From NCBI RefSeq assembly GCF_964355755.1, contig NC_092672.1:19481237-19545236 (forward strand): a stretch of 64,000 nt of DNA. The letters are read 5' to 3'. This stretch comes from Antedon mediterranea (Eukaryota > Animalia > Echinodermata). The translations under genes were made by a program, and so were the position numbers. How positions within the stretch are numbered: the first letter of the stretch is position 1; the number at the start of each line of letters is the position of its first letter. The notes below the pieces were generated by a model. It was not told the DNA's origin. It made no database searches and saw nothing but the letters and a program-made list of their open reading frames with translations. Positions 39,904 to 54,689 of this stretch are shown here, piece by piece.

Positions 39904-41070
39904 GTAAGTCATAAATTAATTTTTGCATTGAGAACCATTCAGGATCAGAATCCTAAATTTTATTCATTTTAGTTTAAAATGCTTGTTCCTCAAACAGAAT
40001 AGCACAAAATGTAGCCTAAGAATGTAATTATTTTATTATGGTATAGAGGCTACTTGTTAATACCTTCATATTTTTTTCTTATTTGAAATTTTTATTAAAT
40101 TGTCTAACTATTCTACATCTTGAATTTAACATATTTTTACCATCAAGATTGTGCAGACAAGTCAACATTAACAAAAAAAATAAACAAGTTTAAAATGCTA
40201 TTTTTTGGGCTATTAAAAAGCTGCAGTTAATCTAGCAATCATTTGGTGGATTACTGTAATTTAGTTATTCTCTATTAAATAAATGTCATGAAAACTATAG
40301 CGCTTAGATTGCTTAGTGCTTGAAGTTGCTTGTTGGTATGACAACTACAACTAATGCAGATCCTGCATTGTATCTGTCTCAGAATATTCTTGTTTAATCA
40401 ATCTTTTTTAAACTTTTTTAATCATTACATTAGTAATGCTCATTTTAATACACGATTAAAATATTATTGAATGCATTTCATGCATTTCTCATTTGTTTCA
40501 TGCTGCACAATTTTGATGTGTCAGGCACGTGTCTGATGGTAATGGTATCTTGGACCTTGTGTGAATGGATAAAAGGCAAACAACTTTGGGGAATACATTT
40601 TTGTTATACTGATGTTGTCACAAAAGTTTGTAGTTTTTCTGATTTCAGGATATGTTATTTGTAAAGTAATGGCATAAAATTTAAACTGAATTCAAATTGA
40701 ATCAAATATTAAACTTCTTCTTCTACTAAAATGTAGAGTAGACATTACTCTATACATTGATATAAAGAATTAAATGTTTGAACAAGAAAAACTGTACTTT
40801 TAGCTATTTTTTTATCATACCCTACCTAAAATTGTTTAATAATCTAGAACTCAGTGTTTTGTTAACTTGTGTTCGTACATATTCATAGCTATAAACATGT
40901 GCATAACGATGCTTAAATTAAACAGAGTTATAGGCCTACCTATTATATATTATATATGAGAATTTTATATAAATCATACTGTAAATTATAGAAACAGTGC
41001 TCATATTCGGAACATAATCTCATAATAGCTCATTGGCGAAAGTTCCATACTTTTTAGTTGTATGAAATAA

Positions 41071-41142
41071 TGTCTCTGGCGGGATTCGAACATGCAACCT
41101 CTCGCTTACAGAGCGAGTATCATACCACTAGACCACAGAGCC
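41071..41142 (-). pseudogene. tRNA-like sequence (tRNA pseudogene or tRNA-derived repeat)
   Basis: Minus strand GGCTCTGTGGTCTAGTGGTATGATACTCGCTCTGTAAGCGAGAGGTTGCATGTTCGAATCCCGCCAGAGACA: acceptor and anticodon stems, A and B boxes. The T-stem has two mismatches and position 33 is C. Confidence 0.65.
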
Positions 41143-41206
41143 ATATATGTTATTTTCACAGATTTTCTCTCATACAACAAATGATATGGACATGTTCATT
41201 ATTTAA

Positions 41207-41526
41207 AGATGTATTGTCCCCCTGAACAATTTTTTTTTACATTTTTTTGTTGATTATGCCATTTTAATATCATATAATAGTTATCAACTTTGACCAAAAC
41301 TTGGATTGGAAAAAAAAATTATTTACCTGAAAAAACTGTAATTTAAAGCAAACAAGTCAAATTGCCTGCCAGCCAATGGATTTTTGGTTTGGTGTCATTG
41401 TAGTGAAAACATGATTTTTTCTTCGTTTTTTTCTACGCAATTGATTAACTTGATTAAAACTACAAATAACCTATGAAAGTCTGATGTAATTATTCTTCAT
41501 TTTTTCACGTGGGGGACAATACATCT
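41207..41526. mobile_element. Kolobok-like MITE
   Basis: TTAA both sides; perfect 16-bp TIR AGATGTATTGTCCCCC / GGGGGACAATACATCT. A related single end is at 37643. Confidence 0.85.
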
Positions 41527-42094
41527 TTAAAAAAACATAACCTAATGTCCTTGTTCTACATGGAACCCCCGCAGTTTAAACGCGGACAAAACCACAGAAG
41601 AATAGCTTCTCTTTGTTGAGCTATACTTGCTCACTTTATTTCTATCCATCCGTTCATCCGGTAAACTAAAATAAAAACAAACAGAGAAACAATTGACACG
41701 GCGCCGTGAAGCAAGTCTCTAACGTATACTACGGCTTATCATACATAATTCGCCGTTAACATGGTCATACTATCATCATTATGTCTATCGTTTCTCCTTC
41801 ATCTAAATGTTCAAGCAGTATAATTGTTATAATGTTTTTTTATTGAGAATTGTCCTATAATTTCACACATAAATTAATTATTCCCTCAGATTTGAAATCA
41901 AAATAAAATGTACATTGACTTAGTAATGTATTTAATAATTGCCCTGATTCAATACACAACTATTAACTTAGATTGTATACTGGCTTTTTCTTTTATCCAA
42001 ATGTAATATGAAAAACATAAGCACTCATTTTGAGGACTTGTGATGAGTTGAAAAACAAATAACAACATTATCAAGTTAAAGTTCAATACAATTT

Positions 42095-42220
42095 TTAGTC
42101 CCGTGGACGCGACTCTATAGTTCACTATGTAGGTTGGTCGGTCTGTCGGTCTGTCTGTCGGTCCGTCGGTCCGGTATCACTATGCGTTTTAGCACGCGAC
42201 TTATGGATGTTGGCCTTGTT
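42095..42220 (+). mobile_element. Short HINE/DINE-1-like element
   Basis: Inserted in a T run (empty site in B2 near 61125); (GTCG/GTCT)n core; subterminal inverted repeat agtcccgtg / cacgcgact; ends ggccttgtt. Confidence 0.65.
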
Positions 42221-45200
42221 TTCGTAATAGTCAAATGAATACAAAACAGAAAATATATGTAAGTTACACAATTTGTTTAAAAAGTAGCATGAAAACATAT
42301 AAAATAAAATGTGATTAAAGGTAATGACCATTACAGGAACCAGAACTTAAAATAAATAAATAAAATCAACAGAAATATAGAAAATAGCATATTATTTTCA
42401 TCAGAAAAATTATTATATAAAAGTTTTTCTAATTAGAAACAATGGTTAAATGAAGACTATTCCACTTATATTTGAGGTAAAACATAAGTTTTTGTTTAAA
42501 ATAATTGCCAAACTCTGCAATCCTCCAAAAAACATAGCAAACCTCATTTAAACAACAAAAAAGTGATTGAATAAGTTGTGTACAACTCACTTGGTTTGTC
42601 AATTAAAATGTAAATATATTTTTGTTAAATACTTAAATTTGTGGTTAAGCATCATTTTTGGGTTTAAAAAATAATTTCTAAACCTTCACTCTCGAATTAG
42701 AGGGGGCGTAATGACCAGCCCAAACAATGTTACAGTACTGTATAAGTAAAACATTTTACTTTAATTTCTTTAGAATACTAATAAATTTAGATATTTTATT
42801 CGATAAAAATTGTTGGCAGCCAATAATCCAATTAAAAGACCAAGGAATGCTTCACTTATTAATTTCCATTACAAAAATATAACAATTGTTGTGTGCAAGT
42901 TTATATCTAATACAATTAGTTTTAGCCGTATTAATTAATAATTGGTTTGTAGTGAACCATTCACTAACTTACTTAACTCTAAATTTAAAAAGTTTAACAA
43001 TACATCAATATTGAAATAAAGTTGTATATAGCGAAACAACTTGAAAATATCATGGATAACAACATCAAAAGTTTTTGATAAATCTAGAAAAGTACTTAAT
43101 GAAATTAATTGTTTTTAAATGCAGTATTAACAGAATCAGTGAGTTCAAGAAAAGCATGACAAGTGGTATGGTATGCATACATTTTTCAATATTTTTTTTT
43201 TAAATGGTTAAAATTAAGATTGGTATATATTAAAATATAAAGTACTGTATATCCGTTTTGAAATACAAGATTAACTTAAAATTTTAATATGATTAGGTAA
43301 ATAACCCATCATGAATGATTAATTAATGCCGTGTGTGAGATGGCTTATAATTAAGGAGCAACCTTTTTAAGAATCATGCTCTGAACCTTTACTAGAATTC
43401 AAATTACTAATTATATTAAGCACTTCTGTTTCAGATATAAATGAGAGGCTTTATGGGAGGTAGTAATTAAGAGATTAGGTCTTTGGTATTTTTAGGTTAG
43501 AATTACAGAGTTTTACACATTTTTTAAAAATAATGTAATTACATTCTGGCTAATTAGGTTTGTATCATAAAAATATTCATCATTAATTTTTTTAACATGA
43601 GGTGTATCTTTACTTTTTTAACCGGGATTAATTACAGAATGTATTACTTCTCATTTGTTATATGTTACATTTAATCTGATTGAATTTAGTTTTGTAGCAT
43701 TTTTTTCTTTGAAATTTTACAGAGTGCAGTAATATTGTTGCTATACTTTTTATATCTTGAGATATTTGAACATTTATGAATTTGTTAAAGTTTATGCTTA
43801 ACTGTATAGTTTAGACGAATCAGTTTGAGAAAGATCAAAGCAAAATGCCCCTATATCTCTATATGTGCCAAAAGGGTAAAAACCCCTTAATGCAGGCTAC
43901 CGTTAGACCACCTCTGGGCCTAGTAAAATTGCAGTACTATTACCGTCACGGTCGTACTGTAAGCCTGATCTGTGTGAAGAGTCCACGATATAAGGCCTGC
44001 TTACGCAGCGAAGCATTGATAAATTTGGGACATTGTACTTGATTGAGAAAGACTGTGGCAATTATTTTAGGTCAAATTATTAGATTATATCAATATATAT
44101 TTGTTTAGGTTAAATAATACAATGGAAGAATACGGGCAATAATAATAAAAATATAACAGATGTTGGTCCAAAGATTATTTAACTTGCTGTAACGTACGTA
44201 AGCCTATAGGCCCTAGTAAGCATAGTTCTAGCGGGAATATCCTCTGGTGTGCGCGCCTGGTGCTAGCTTTTAACAGCTTCTGATAATTAAATTCGCGTCT
44301 ATTTGTAGGCTTGTTTCTGTATAATGGCCATCACGATCGGGCAGTTAGTAGCACGGAGTGGTGATGGGCAAAAATATAGGTTTTATGCATCATAATAAAA
44401 ACCAATAAAACTAAACGACAGACACACCAAACCACATCAGTAAACATGTGCGCGCATGGCATGTTTTAGACTTGCCCCAAGTCTGTATTATCTTTTTTTT
44501 TTATTTATTTGTTTTTATTTCGACCGCGATTTTTGTCTGAAAATACAGACTTGTGAAACACGTATAGAAATCGATTTGCAGACCGCAAACAAACGATAAG
44601 AATGACGTATGTTATCATACCGTATTGGCTATATGGGGCGGGCGGTATGTAAATATGGATTTCGAATCAACCAATGATCATTGTGTTTCAAAATGAAAGA
44701 GATCGAGTATGTACGATCGAGACTGTTGAAATATAAAATAGTAATGCCAAGTTGTTTTGTTTATTAATTGTTTAGTCCTTGGCCTAGGCCTCTTTCGTAG
44801 GTCCTACTGAACTCGCACGTATGACCTGCCAAATAAAACGCCAATGAAGTAGGCCTACATACCACCGTCACACAACAGGGCTACACCACCACCACACAGA
44901 ACAGGACTGGGTCTGGGTGGGAATTAGATCAAAATTATCTCCGCGTAATAAATGATCCATTCAATGTTTGATTTGCGGAGAAGCTAGCCTATCATATATA
45001 TCAAGACGAGTTTTCATGTTTCAAAGATCCCATCAAATGTTTACCAGACTACTAGGCATATGAAATAATTTCTAGCCTTCAGAACTTTCATAAATGTACC
45101 CAAGTACACATTATCTAAACGTGACATAGCGCATGCGCATCATCTTAGTTGTTGAGTCTTTGAAATTCTGAAATATGAATATTTAAACGGTGTACACGAG

Positions 45201-45506
45201 AGAGTCGCCAATCGCATGCAGCTGAAACTAGTCAACCGGATAATCGTATGCACCAAGAATTCTTGGTGTCAAACCACGTGACTTGTGCGTGTTTCCCCAG
45301 ACGGAGTATCCAAAATCAAGTAGTATACGTATGAAACGCCATATGTGCCAAAATATTTATCTTTTAACTAATATTAAGACAAAACTCCGTCTGGAACCCA
45401 GACTAGGCATGTTTCGTCGGCAGTACCCTCCATTTTTTTTTCTAAAAAAGTGCGACCTCTATTTTATGAAGACAGTAATCTTTAAATATTGCGCCTTTTC
45501 ACTGTG

Positions 45507-45604
45507 GCCTTTCACACAGAAAATGGTAAAATAACGGCAATAATACCGGCAATAATACCGGCTTGCTTATTGGGATATTGCCGCAATTCTATGTGAAAAG
45601 GGCT
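45507..45604. mobile_element. Harbinger-type mini-element at the 3' end of the composite insertion
   Basis: Termini GCCTTTCACACAGAA / TTCTATGTGAAAAGGGC followed by TTAA; internal ggcaataatacc repeats. Confidence 0.45.
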
Positions 45605-46199
45605 TAATTCAGTCTGAATGGTCAGGAACATCAACCATAATCAATTATTTTTTAAATAGGTAAATGATCAGAGATGTCTGAATTGTAATACCCGATAAAA
45701 TATCAAAATTGGTAGGCCTATTGTTTGTTTAAAAATAATCAATAAGTTCTGCATTAGTTTTTGTGGGAAAAAAGTACAATAGTTGATAAGATGATATAGA
45801 ACAATTATTAAATAGATTATGCTTATTAAATTTGATTAAAACAATTAATTTATAATAACCGCAAATTTCTCTATGTTATTAGATTTCAGTTGACTTGTAA
45901 ATAAAGCCACTTATAGAATTCTTTTTTGTTTAATGATTTATAAAAAGCGAATCTCATATAGTTCTTTTGTCAATAATAACTCTGGTTATATTTTGTAATA
46001 AAAAAAATCAATAATTGTGTTCTGAAATGTTCATAACAGTTTTATTAAATACATTATGCGTATGACAAAGGTGGTGATTTGTTTAGAATTTCTGAATCAT
46101 AAACTATCAATTGTATATTGTACCTACCTACTGTAAGTCATGACCAACATAGTATGTTTAAAGATTACCATTTTTAATCATTTTCCTTCATTAAATGCT

Positions 46200-46495
46200 T
46201 TTTCTGGATGTCGGCAGCCGGCATAAAAGTTTGTTGCCTTCATAGCCTTAGCTTTTCGAATTACAATGGATCTCTGCGGCTGCGCCTATAAATGATAATG
46301 TGTCTTAGGCATACTGTAGATCTTCACCTTGATTTTTCCAGTTCAGTGTGCATTTTTCAATCAAAATATTATTTAAGCCAAGATCAGTTTTAAATATGTC
46401 CTTTACAAGTTGCATTCGATCTTTTCCTTGATGTTACCAAATCTTAGGCTGTAGCATCTAGAATGCCTTTCAACTCGTAGCAATTCAGCTTCCAT
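46200..46495 (-). mobile_element. Decayed LINE ORF1 (L1/CR1-type RRM region)
   Basis: Across frameshifts reads ELLRVERHSRCYSLRFGNIKE / LVKDIFKTDLGLNNILIE / AH*TGK / HII, matching LExxSRxxNLRxxGIxE...IExAHRxG...PRxII. Confidence 0.6.
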
Positions 46496-49344
46496 GTAGC
46501 TATTGTATCCTGATCCTGTTTAGATTTGATGTTTCACACATTCATGTCAAACTACCCGTTGTAGCTTTAAATTTATCCTTAATTTTTACTTTGAAGTTCC
46601 ATAACATTTCTGTTTAGCAATGCTTGTTAGCCTTGCTTTAGTGATGCTCTTTCCTTGTCAATCCTAGTATTTATCAGCTGCTAAGCTACCCATTTCACCA
46701 CTCAATACATTCATTCAACATTTTTGACTTGGGGTACCCGAGTCTAGGACTCTCTCTTCTTTTCCATCTGGATACTACAGAGCCAACTTTCAAGTCCTAC
46801 TAGTTCTTTACGCATTGTCTGCCAGCTCTGAAACATTGCATGCATATACTAGGGTAATAGGTGAACAAAGCTATAGAGAGAAAATGTTCATACTTCAATC
46901 GTCAATTATGACGTCATAAACATGGTACCAATCGAAAAAAGTGCGATTTATAAAGTACTACTCCTCCCTTATTCGTTGTAGTACTTCTGCTCCCGGAAAT
47001 AGCAAAAAATAACCGTATTTGGTAGCAAGGTTATTGATGTGTATGTGACGTTACATCCCGTCTTCTGACGTCATTACAGCTTCTTTTGCTGTACCCCAAG
47101 TATCGCACATTCGTGCTTGTTTATTCATAGCATGTTCAGTATAGGCTCAGTTTTTTTACCTATACTATGCTTTTGTGTTTTTCTTGTATTCATAGTTCGA
47201 GATAAAGCACTAATAATGTGTTATGAATACTCAGGCTTATATTCTTAGTAAAATGTAATGACTTTAGAATGATCAACTGTTGGGAATTAAATATTATGCA
47301 GAGCAAGTATGTCTTCACTCAGAGATGTCCATAGCCCTTTAATTTTACTGTAAATAAGAATTTGAGTTCTCTACACTAAAGGTTATTCACATGACAGTAT
47401 GTAATATATATAGGTAACTTTATTCCCCCAAAAAAAATTACAGTATGTAATAGTGATATGTAAAAGGAATTTAAATAATAAAGCATAATAATCAGAAATA
47501 GAAACATTTATTTAATTAATTCAAATTGTTCAATACAATTTAAAATATTTAAAATTCCTTAAGTATTATCACAAATAAATATTTTTTTCAATTTGTAGCA
47601 TTCAAAATACAGTAGGAGGGTTTGTTTATAATTTTATAATTATATTACTCGATGGGTGGCACCCAAAAAAATTAATTTTTTTTTAAACTCCATCTTTCAT
47701 GGTATTGCATTCTTTGAAAATTACCTTTTTTTTCAATGAGCTTGCCTGAATCTTCGACTGTCTGATGTTTTCGCTTCTCCTTCTCCTTCCTTTTTATTTG
47801 GATTTATATCGTATTTTGTATCATCTTCTTCCCAACTTTTTTATAAATTTTTGCAGGGAGCCTAGGCGTAAAGTTTTTAAACTTATATAGGTTTCCTTCT
47901 ACACATACTATGTTTTTTATTGGTTATTATCAAGTGTTTATATAATTATTATTTTATGTATTTTTAATATAAGCAGAACATTTATTGAATATTTATTGAA
48001 AATTGATTAAACAAATCAAATCAAATAAAACAAATCATAATATATTAATTTTGTGTATCTATATATAAATTATGGTTAATTCTGACATAGGCGAGCACAA
48101 TGCAAAAACTTCTCTACAAATCTCCGCCTTGGATACCTACCTTATCTATCCGAGATGTATCGCGAAACGTAGATTTGATAACATTAGTGTGCACGCCGAC
48201 GCTATTGTTCCATATTTATATCTTAGGAAGATGTTATAAAGAGTTTTTTAACAACATTTATGATTTCAACATTGGATTTTCCTCTCAATTTCAATTCTTC
48301 CCGGTCAAAGTAATTTCCGGGTTTAAGATAAGTTCAACTTAGTTTCAAATATTTTCTCTCTTTTATACACAAGGGAGCAGTTAAAATAATAGATTTGACC
48401 TTAAAGGTGACTGGAAACAGGCACTTTCCATCAATCAATACAGTGTCCCTTTGGAAGACGAAAAAAAAAATTGGCCATTAATCATAGCCATTTCAGTTTT
48501 TTGTTTATTTTAAAACATACCACACGTGTGTGAAGGTACAGTAGTTAAATAATAGGAATTATACTGCAAATTAATAAAGATCAAATTAAATATACGCCAT
48601 AAAGAATCAGAATATATTGTGGGGAATAGTATTATAAAATTACATAGGGAGATTTGATAAGACATTTTTCGAGTGAAATCCCGATAGCTGAGTTTTATTG
48701 AGTAAGCTTGCAGGAATAACTGTAGGCTATCTTCCTGTGTCCCGTTAGGACCGAGATGTCTGCCCATGTTGCAAGCCGTAATGTCTTCTTTCTTGGGCCC
48801 ACTCTGTCACGGCAGTTAGTTTCAAAAGATGATTAAATTAAATAATGTATTAATAATTATTAGGATGGTATTCATTTGAATAAACGCCTCTCCAATAAAA
48901 CATCACTTTGAATAATAACCCCCCCCCCCCCCACAACCCAACTATCTAATAAACGTCCATCCACATATTTATAATAACACAATTATACTATTTGTAGTAG
49001 AATTCACCGCACTGTTATCTGCAATTTACCAAGCATTTGTTATTCTTTTTTACCACTTTTCATATCTATGAGAGGATTTCATTTTATTATTAATGTTACC
49101 ATATTATTAGAACTAAAAAATTTAACATATATCCCTCGAATAAGCACCTCCCTCAAATGACCTCCGCCTCCCCAAAGGGCCCTACCAAACAATAAAAACT
49201 ATACTTTAAAATGTTATTAATCATCTAAAACACTGTGAAACAAAGTAGTTTAGTTTTACGAATGTCAAGCATTTTCAATAATGGTAACCGACAGAAAATG
49301 TATAAGGAGAACATTATCATTCCGAGAACCATCGTCTACACTTC

Positions 49345-49382
49345 CTAGAGGGGGAGCGAGCGAAGCGAGCTCACCCTCTAGT
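49345..49382 (+). mobile_element. Helitron-like 3' terminal hairpin ending CTAG
   Basis: CTAGAGGGGGAGC-GAGCGAAGCGA-GCTCACCCTCTAG followed by T. Confidence 0.4.
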
Positions 49383-50349
49383 ATGCTAAAAATGCCTTAG
49401 TAAACAACTCACATGTTGTATACGAATACCATAGGGCTACTGGTTTAAATTTTGGTTTATATCTAGTAAGACTAATAATACAATTAATGTGCATTACTAG
49501 AGTAAGCTAAGCTAGTGTCATGTTTTGAAATTAAAATGACCATTTTGATTAACTGGCATATATACAGTAAATGAAAGTGTGAAACTATTGTTTAATAGTG
49601 AGTACGGTAGGTGTACTATTTAAATGTTATGATTTTCTAAAAACTAAATGATGGTTACATCACCAATAGAGTTAGCCTAGGCATCTAGGCTTATAATAGG
49701 CCTACTAGACAATATGTGAAAAGGTAATTAAATAAAATACTTTTTGTCTTTTTCTATTTGGACATTGGAATCAATCATAAATACATTTATATTTTTTTTT
49801 CTGTTACTTAGACATTTTTTCATTCATACTTCTTAAAGTATGTCACTGTAGTAATGTCTAATAAGTACCTCTAAATTATTGAATGCACTTCCTAATGATA
49901 TCACATGTACCCCGATCTCAAGGAATTGTTTTCTGTATTTTAAGTAAAAAACTACATTTCATCAAATTACTAGTATATTTTAAATGATTATTGTTAGCCG
50001 TTTTTCATCTCCTCTGCCGCATATGGCTACTAAATTCCAATAATTACCATTTATATCGTTTAGTGTCCTGTTTATTTGTCTGTTTTTTTTTGTATGTGTT
50101 TTGTTCTGTATTTTTGTTTTATTGTACATGGCTTGCCCGCCACAAGTAACTTCTAGTTTTGCCTCTTCTTTTTAGCAATTAAAAAAAATTGTATATGTTT
50201 ATTTTTTGAAGCAAAAGTATATTTATTATTATTTTAATTCTTTATTTTTGTCAAATGTTAATGTTCTATTTAAAAGAATAATAAATGTTACTTGAAATGA
50301 AATGAATTTATAAATTATGGAACTATTAAGAAAGAAAACAAATCAAATA

Positions 50350-51194
50350 CCGTATATTTCGGTGTATAAGTCGCACCTGTGTATAAGACGCACCCTCAAC
50401 TGAGAGTAAAATATCGGTATTTTTTATATCGTCGATGTATAAGACGCACCTTATATTTCATCAAAACAATGTTTTTTTAAATTGTAATCAATATTATTGT
50501 GATAATATATTTTGTTATATCTACAACGGCGTCCTTTATTTAGGTTTTTTCTTACCTAGGCTCGGCCGCGCCCAGCCTCAACAAGTTCTTTCTCACTTGT
50601 TATTCATGAGTTTCGCCGCAACATCGAGTGCATGACCGTGTGTGTAACACGCACGTGTGTGGGCTAGCCTCGCTCGATCATTTCGAGAGGGCGCACGTTT
50701 TCACAGACAATCGTATTCGATTAGTATCTATGTATCCGAGAAGTGTGTACGCTAGGTCCATGCTATAATCACCTGGAGAATATACTAGTCGAATACCGTA
50801 CACCATGTGCCACCAAAAGAAGGGCTTGCGCTTGGGGTACGGCGATCGTGCGTATAACTACTGTATAAATAAATACTATTCCAATCGTACGACGTAAACG
50901 TTTACAAATGAAATTTTATCGGAGCGCCATAATGAACAAATCTTTTCATCATATTTAGTATAACATCATGCTAAAATGACTTGAAAACTAGGCCTAGGCA
51001 GAAGCAGGTTGCCGTAACGTTAGTTAGTTACTGTAGCTAGGCCTAGCCTACTCAGGCCTAGCAAACGAGGTGATAGCCTAGGCCTATGTACAATCTGTGT
51101 GGTGAGGCATTTATGTTCGGTGTATAAGACGCACCCTTAATTTGGAGGTCAAATTTGCGTGTCAAAAGTGCGACTTATACACCGAAATATACGG
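50350..51194. mobile_element. Non-autonomous Tc1/mariner-superfamily (pogo/Tc2-like) element
   Basis: TA on both sides; perfect 27-bp TIR CCGTATATTTCGGTGTATAAGTCGCAC; internal TGTATAAGACGCACC repeats. Confidence 0.88.
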
Positions 51195-54100
51195 TAGTTT
51201 ATTCATATCGATATTGCAAAATTATTTTACAACTCTTTATAGAGTATTGAAAAACTCATTTTATGTGTTATTATTAATTCTTTAAATTGTATTAATCTAT
51301 TAATCAATTTTTCCTGTTGTAATCTTTTGTGGTCATTTTTAGATTTTATTTTGCATATGTTTTATGCACACATTATGTTTGTGAACAAGCTCCATTACAA
51401 AAATGATTTTATTATTATTATTATATTATAACTTATATTATCAAGGTTCTTTTATTTTTTAATAAATCCCAAAAGTTTGAGATCTGTCAGTCTTTATAGT
51501 ATAAAGCTGGGGTTAAGACAGAGCTAAAATCCTCTGTATAGGAAATAGGGTAGTATAAACTCTTGAGATGGTGAAAAATGTTTCGCAGAGCAAAGTTTTT
51601 AATGGAATTTTTATTTTATGACCTCTCCGCCCCCCCCTACCCCCAACTAAACAAGTTTTAGATTACATCTTTCCTCTTGAGTTTACTTTGTAGTATAAAT
51701 GAAGCATGGCCTCCTGAGCTCAATTTGATTCTTTCAAAGTTAAAATAATATATATACTAAAAGGAAAATAATATGTGTTACTAAAGTCACGTATCCATGG
51801 TGATTGTGATGACAGGCCCAGACTCTATACTATACCTGATATTACGATACTATCTGAATTAAATATTCAGCCAGTGTGCAAAAACCTCTGGATACTATTT
51901 AAGTTGATTATCAATGACTTAAACAATTTAGCATTCCTATAATGCAACACCTTTTTAATGTTTATATTATATAATGCTTTTTTTTATACACATTATTATA
52001 CATGGATAAAACATGCAATTGATTTAACATGTTAAATTGATTATTCTAATTACAATTTTTGTTGTAGTGTGTAGTATTGATAACATTATTAGATTTTTGG
52101 TAGGCATGTTATTATGCATAGAAATCTTTTGAATTGCAATAAATAAACACATGACCTTTGTGTACGACAATTAAAAAAAGCATTATAGTGAACAAAAACT
52201 ATGATGCCAAGTTGGTGCTCTTGGCAGAAATTTGTTTAAGGATTGTTGTATTTTCTTGAGAAATCAGTAGATCAGAAATATTTAAAAAACAATAATTAAA
52301 ATGAAGTTGCAACAATTTGAATATCATTTATTAGTAGGAATGTACAAAAGCCCTAAACGCATACTTACAGTGAGAGCTCACACATTTCATTTTACATACA
52401 CATGCACTTGAAAATGAAAGTTAAACAATGATGACACATTATCTTCAAAACAAATGTAAATGTACTTTACATTAATTGTTTCTCCATTTAACTGTTTTCC
52501 TAGTCACATATTATCATTTATTATATGGGACTGTTTTGTACTACAATTCTTTATGCTGTTATCAAAATGACTTTATACTATACTGCAATATTTACATTGA
52601 TCTTCTGTTCTGGTAAAGTAGACCCTATCATAGAGGCTTACACTATGTATATCAAGGTCTACTAGCCCTAATTTGGCCAACATTTTTGGCCAACATTTTC
52701 GGCCGCTATAAATGTATTGGCCACGAAACATTAATTACATTACTCAAATTTTGCGCCACCTTAATTCTGTAGTATTTGTCCATAGTATTTCAAGAACGAA
52801 TTCTGCTCATTATAATATTTTTAATTCATTTCCACGTCTGTTCATAACTTGCCTCCAAATGTTAAAGATAGTCTAGTTAGTTTTAGATAGTTTTCCCTTT
52901 TTTCATTTATATATTCACTTAAGAAAAACTTGCCTCAAATACCTGTCTGAACTCAATGAAATGTGAAATGTTATTTTAAACTGTTTTTCTGTATTTAAGT
53001 TTATTTAATTTTTACACTTTAGGGGTGTCATACTTTATTTCATCGTTCACACCAACAGTTGATTGGATTGAATGTAATGTTTAAATATTATCTACTCAAC
53101 AAAAGTATGTTCCATTTGTATAATGTATAGTAATAAATTAATAAACCTTACATTATTCTTTCTTTGCGCATCTAAATACCTTATAAAGTATGAATACACA
53201 TGTGGTTGATAATCACAATAAAATAAAATATAGATAAATTGGCCAGACATGACATACATGTTCTTTTAATTCTAATTGGTACACATACTGGCCCACATCT
53301 TTCTGTTTCACTACATCATACTGGTCCTGCCAGTTGAATCTATTTCTACAGAGCAATCTCACTATTTAAACAAATTCCGAAACTTATTTAAAAGGTGAGA
53401 TTCTATGGTGTTTTCTGTCTGCAAATAACTTTCAGAATTCCAATAATTCAGACATCAATGAATAAAAATAAACAAGAAATAATTTTTACTGTAAAAAAAG
53501 ACTTTCTGAGATAACGGTTTTTAATATTTTTCTTTCTTCATTAAATGATATTTTTTAAATTGATATTCTATTTAATAATTTAAGAAATAAAGATTTATTA
53601 TCAATTATTTTTGTTTAAAAATCAGTAGTAAACATTTTGTGTAACATAAATATAGTTTAAATTACTATAGACTATAGTACTATGCATATTCTGAGTGGCA
53701 TTACTCCCTAAGGTTGGAGTGACCCACTCATACCCATACATTTCAGTGAACAAAAAATGTATAATTTTCCATGAGCCTTCGTTGTACAGCAGCAGCCGAC
53801 AAACATACACACTAATCAAACAATTGTCATCTGTATACACCCCATTTGGCAAAAATATTTACCATATAGAAAGGATTGTTTTGACCATTCTTCAATGATA
53901 TATATGATGGTAATTATACTTGGCCTCTATGTTGACAGCCAAAACACAGTTATTGTTTATTGAACATAGGTCTTACAAACTAATGTCTGCATACTGTACA
54001 TATCTCAAAGACCCTCTGTGCACATGCCCAGTTTGAGTTTACAAATTCCCATTTAGACTTTCTTACCAGACCTGCTTTGTGGTGTGCTCATGCCCAGTTT

Positions 54101-54689
54101 GTGTTTCTAAATACCCATTTTTTCAGCCTCAGTAATCTATTATAAGCTTCTGCATGGCTAATGCTTCCGTTCTCTTGAATGTAACTGCCTAAAGGACTGG
54201 TGCGAAAATTATTGTTTACTTTTGAAAATTAACTTTTTTATTTATTTTATTTACTGAAGTATAAAAAATGTTGATGGGATAAGCAATGATTATGGAACAT
54301 ACAGCACTTTATTTGTTTATTGGTATACTCCTGGTGAGCATGGTCTACTATGAAAGTTTTAGCCTCAGTGAATATTATTCACATCCTATACACAATATAT
54401 TGAACTTTTTGTCTTCAATGTTCATCAAAATAATATATTAATATCAGATTATTTATTTTTGTTTTAAATTAGTTATATAGGATTTATATAATTTTTTATT
54501 AGATAATTGTTAGTTGCATTAAATTTGTTTGAAATGTCAGTATGTATACATATGAATAAATAATGTTTATTACTTCTTTTATAATTACTGTATAATGTCT
54601 TATTTCCAGTGATTGTTTTTGTTATATCCTTGAAATAAAAAGAATATAACATTTTTTTTGGTGTAAATTTTAATCATTTTAATAAGTCA

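Larger units (their letters stand above)
37876..40482 (+). repeat. Segmental duplicate A3 (intron + ANK exon cassette)
   Basis: Paralogous to 32673-35845. About 3 minisatellite units at 38785-39012. Confidence 0.9.
41796..45710 (+). repeat. Segmental duplicate B1 (paralogous to 58953-62885), with a ~1.75-kb composite insertion at 43860-45606
   Basis: Colinear from ccttcatcta(a)atgttcaagcagta to gatgtctgaattgtaatacc. Confidence 0.88.

Noticed and set aside
41071-41142. Functional tRNA-Thr(TGT)
   Set aside because: T-stem mismatches, non-U at position 33 and an acceptor-stem mismatch; kept only as tRNA-like.
44620-44680. CCAAT/GC-box cluster as host promoter
   Set aside because: Lies within an insertion absent from paralogue B2, so likely transposon-internal; no associated first exon.
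53622-53852. Minus-strand ORF faintly like SRCR or C-type lectin (GVYTDDNC...YVCRLL)
   Set aside because: Too few conserved residues and no convincing splice sites.
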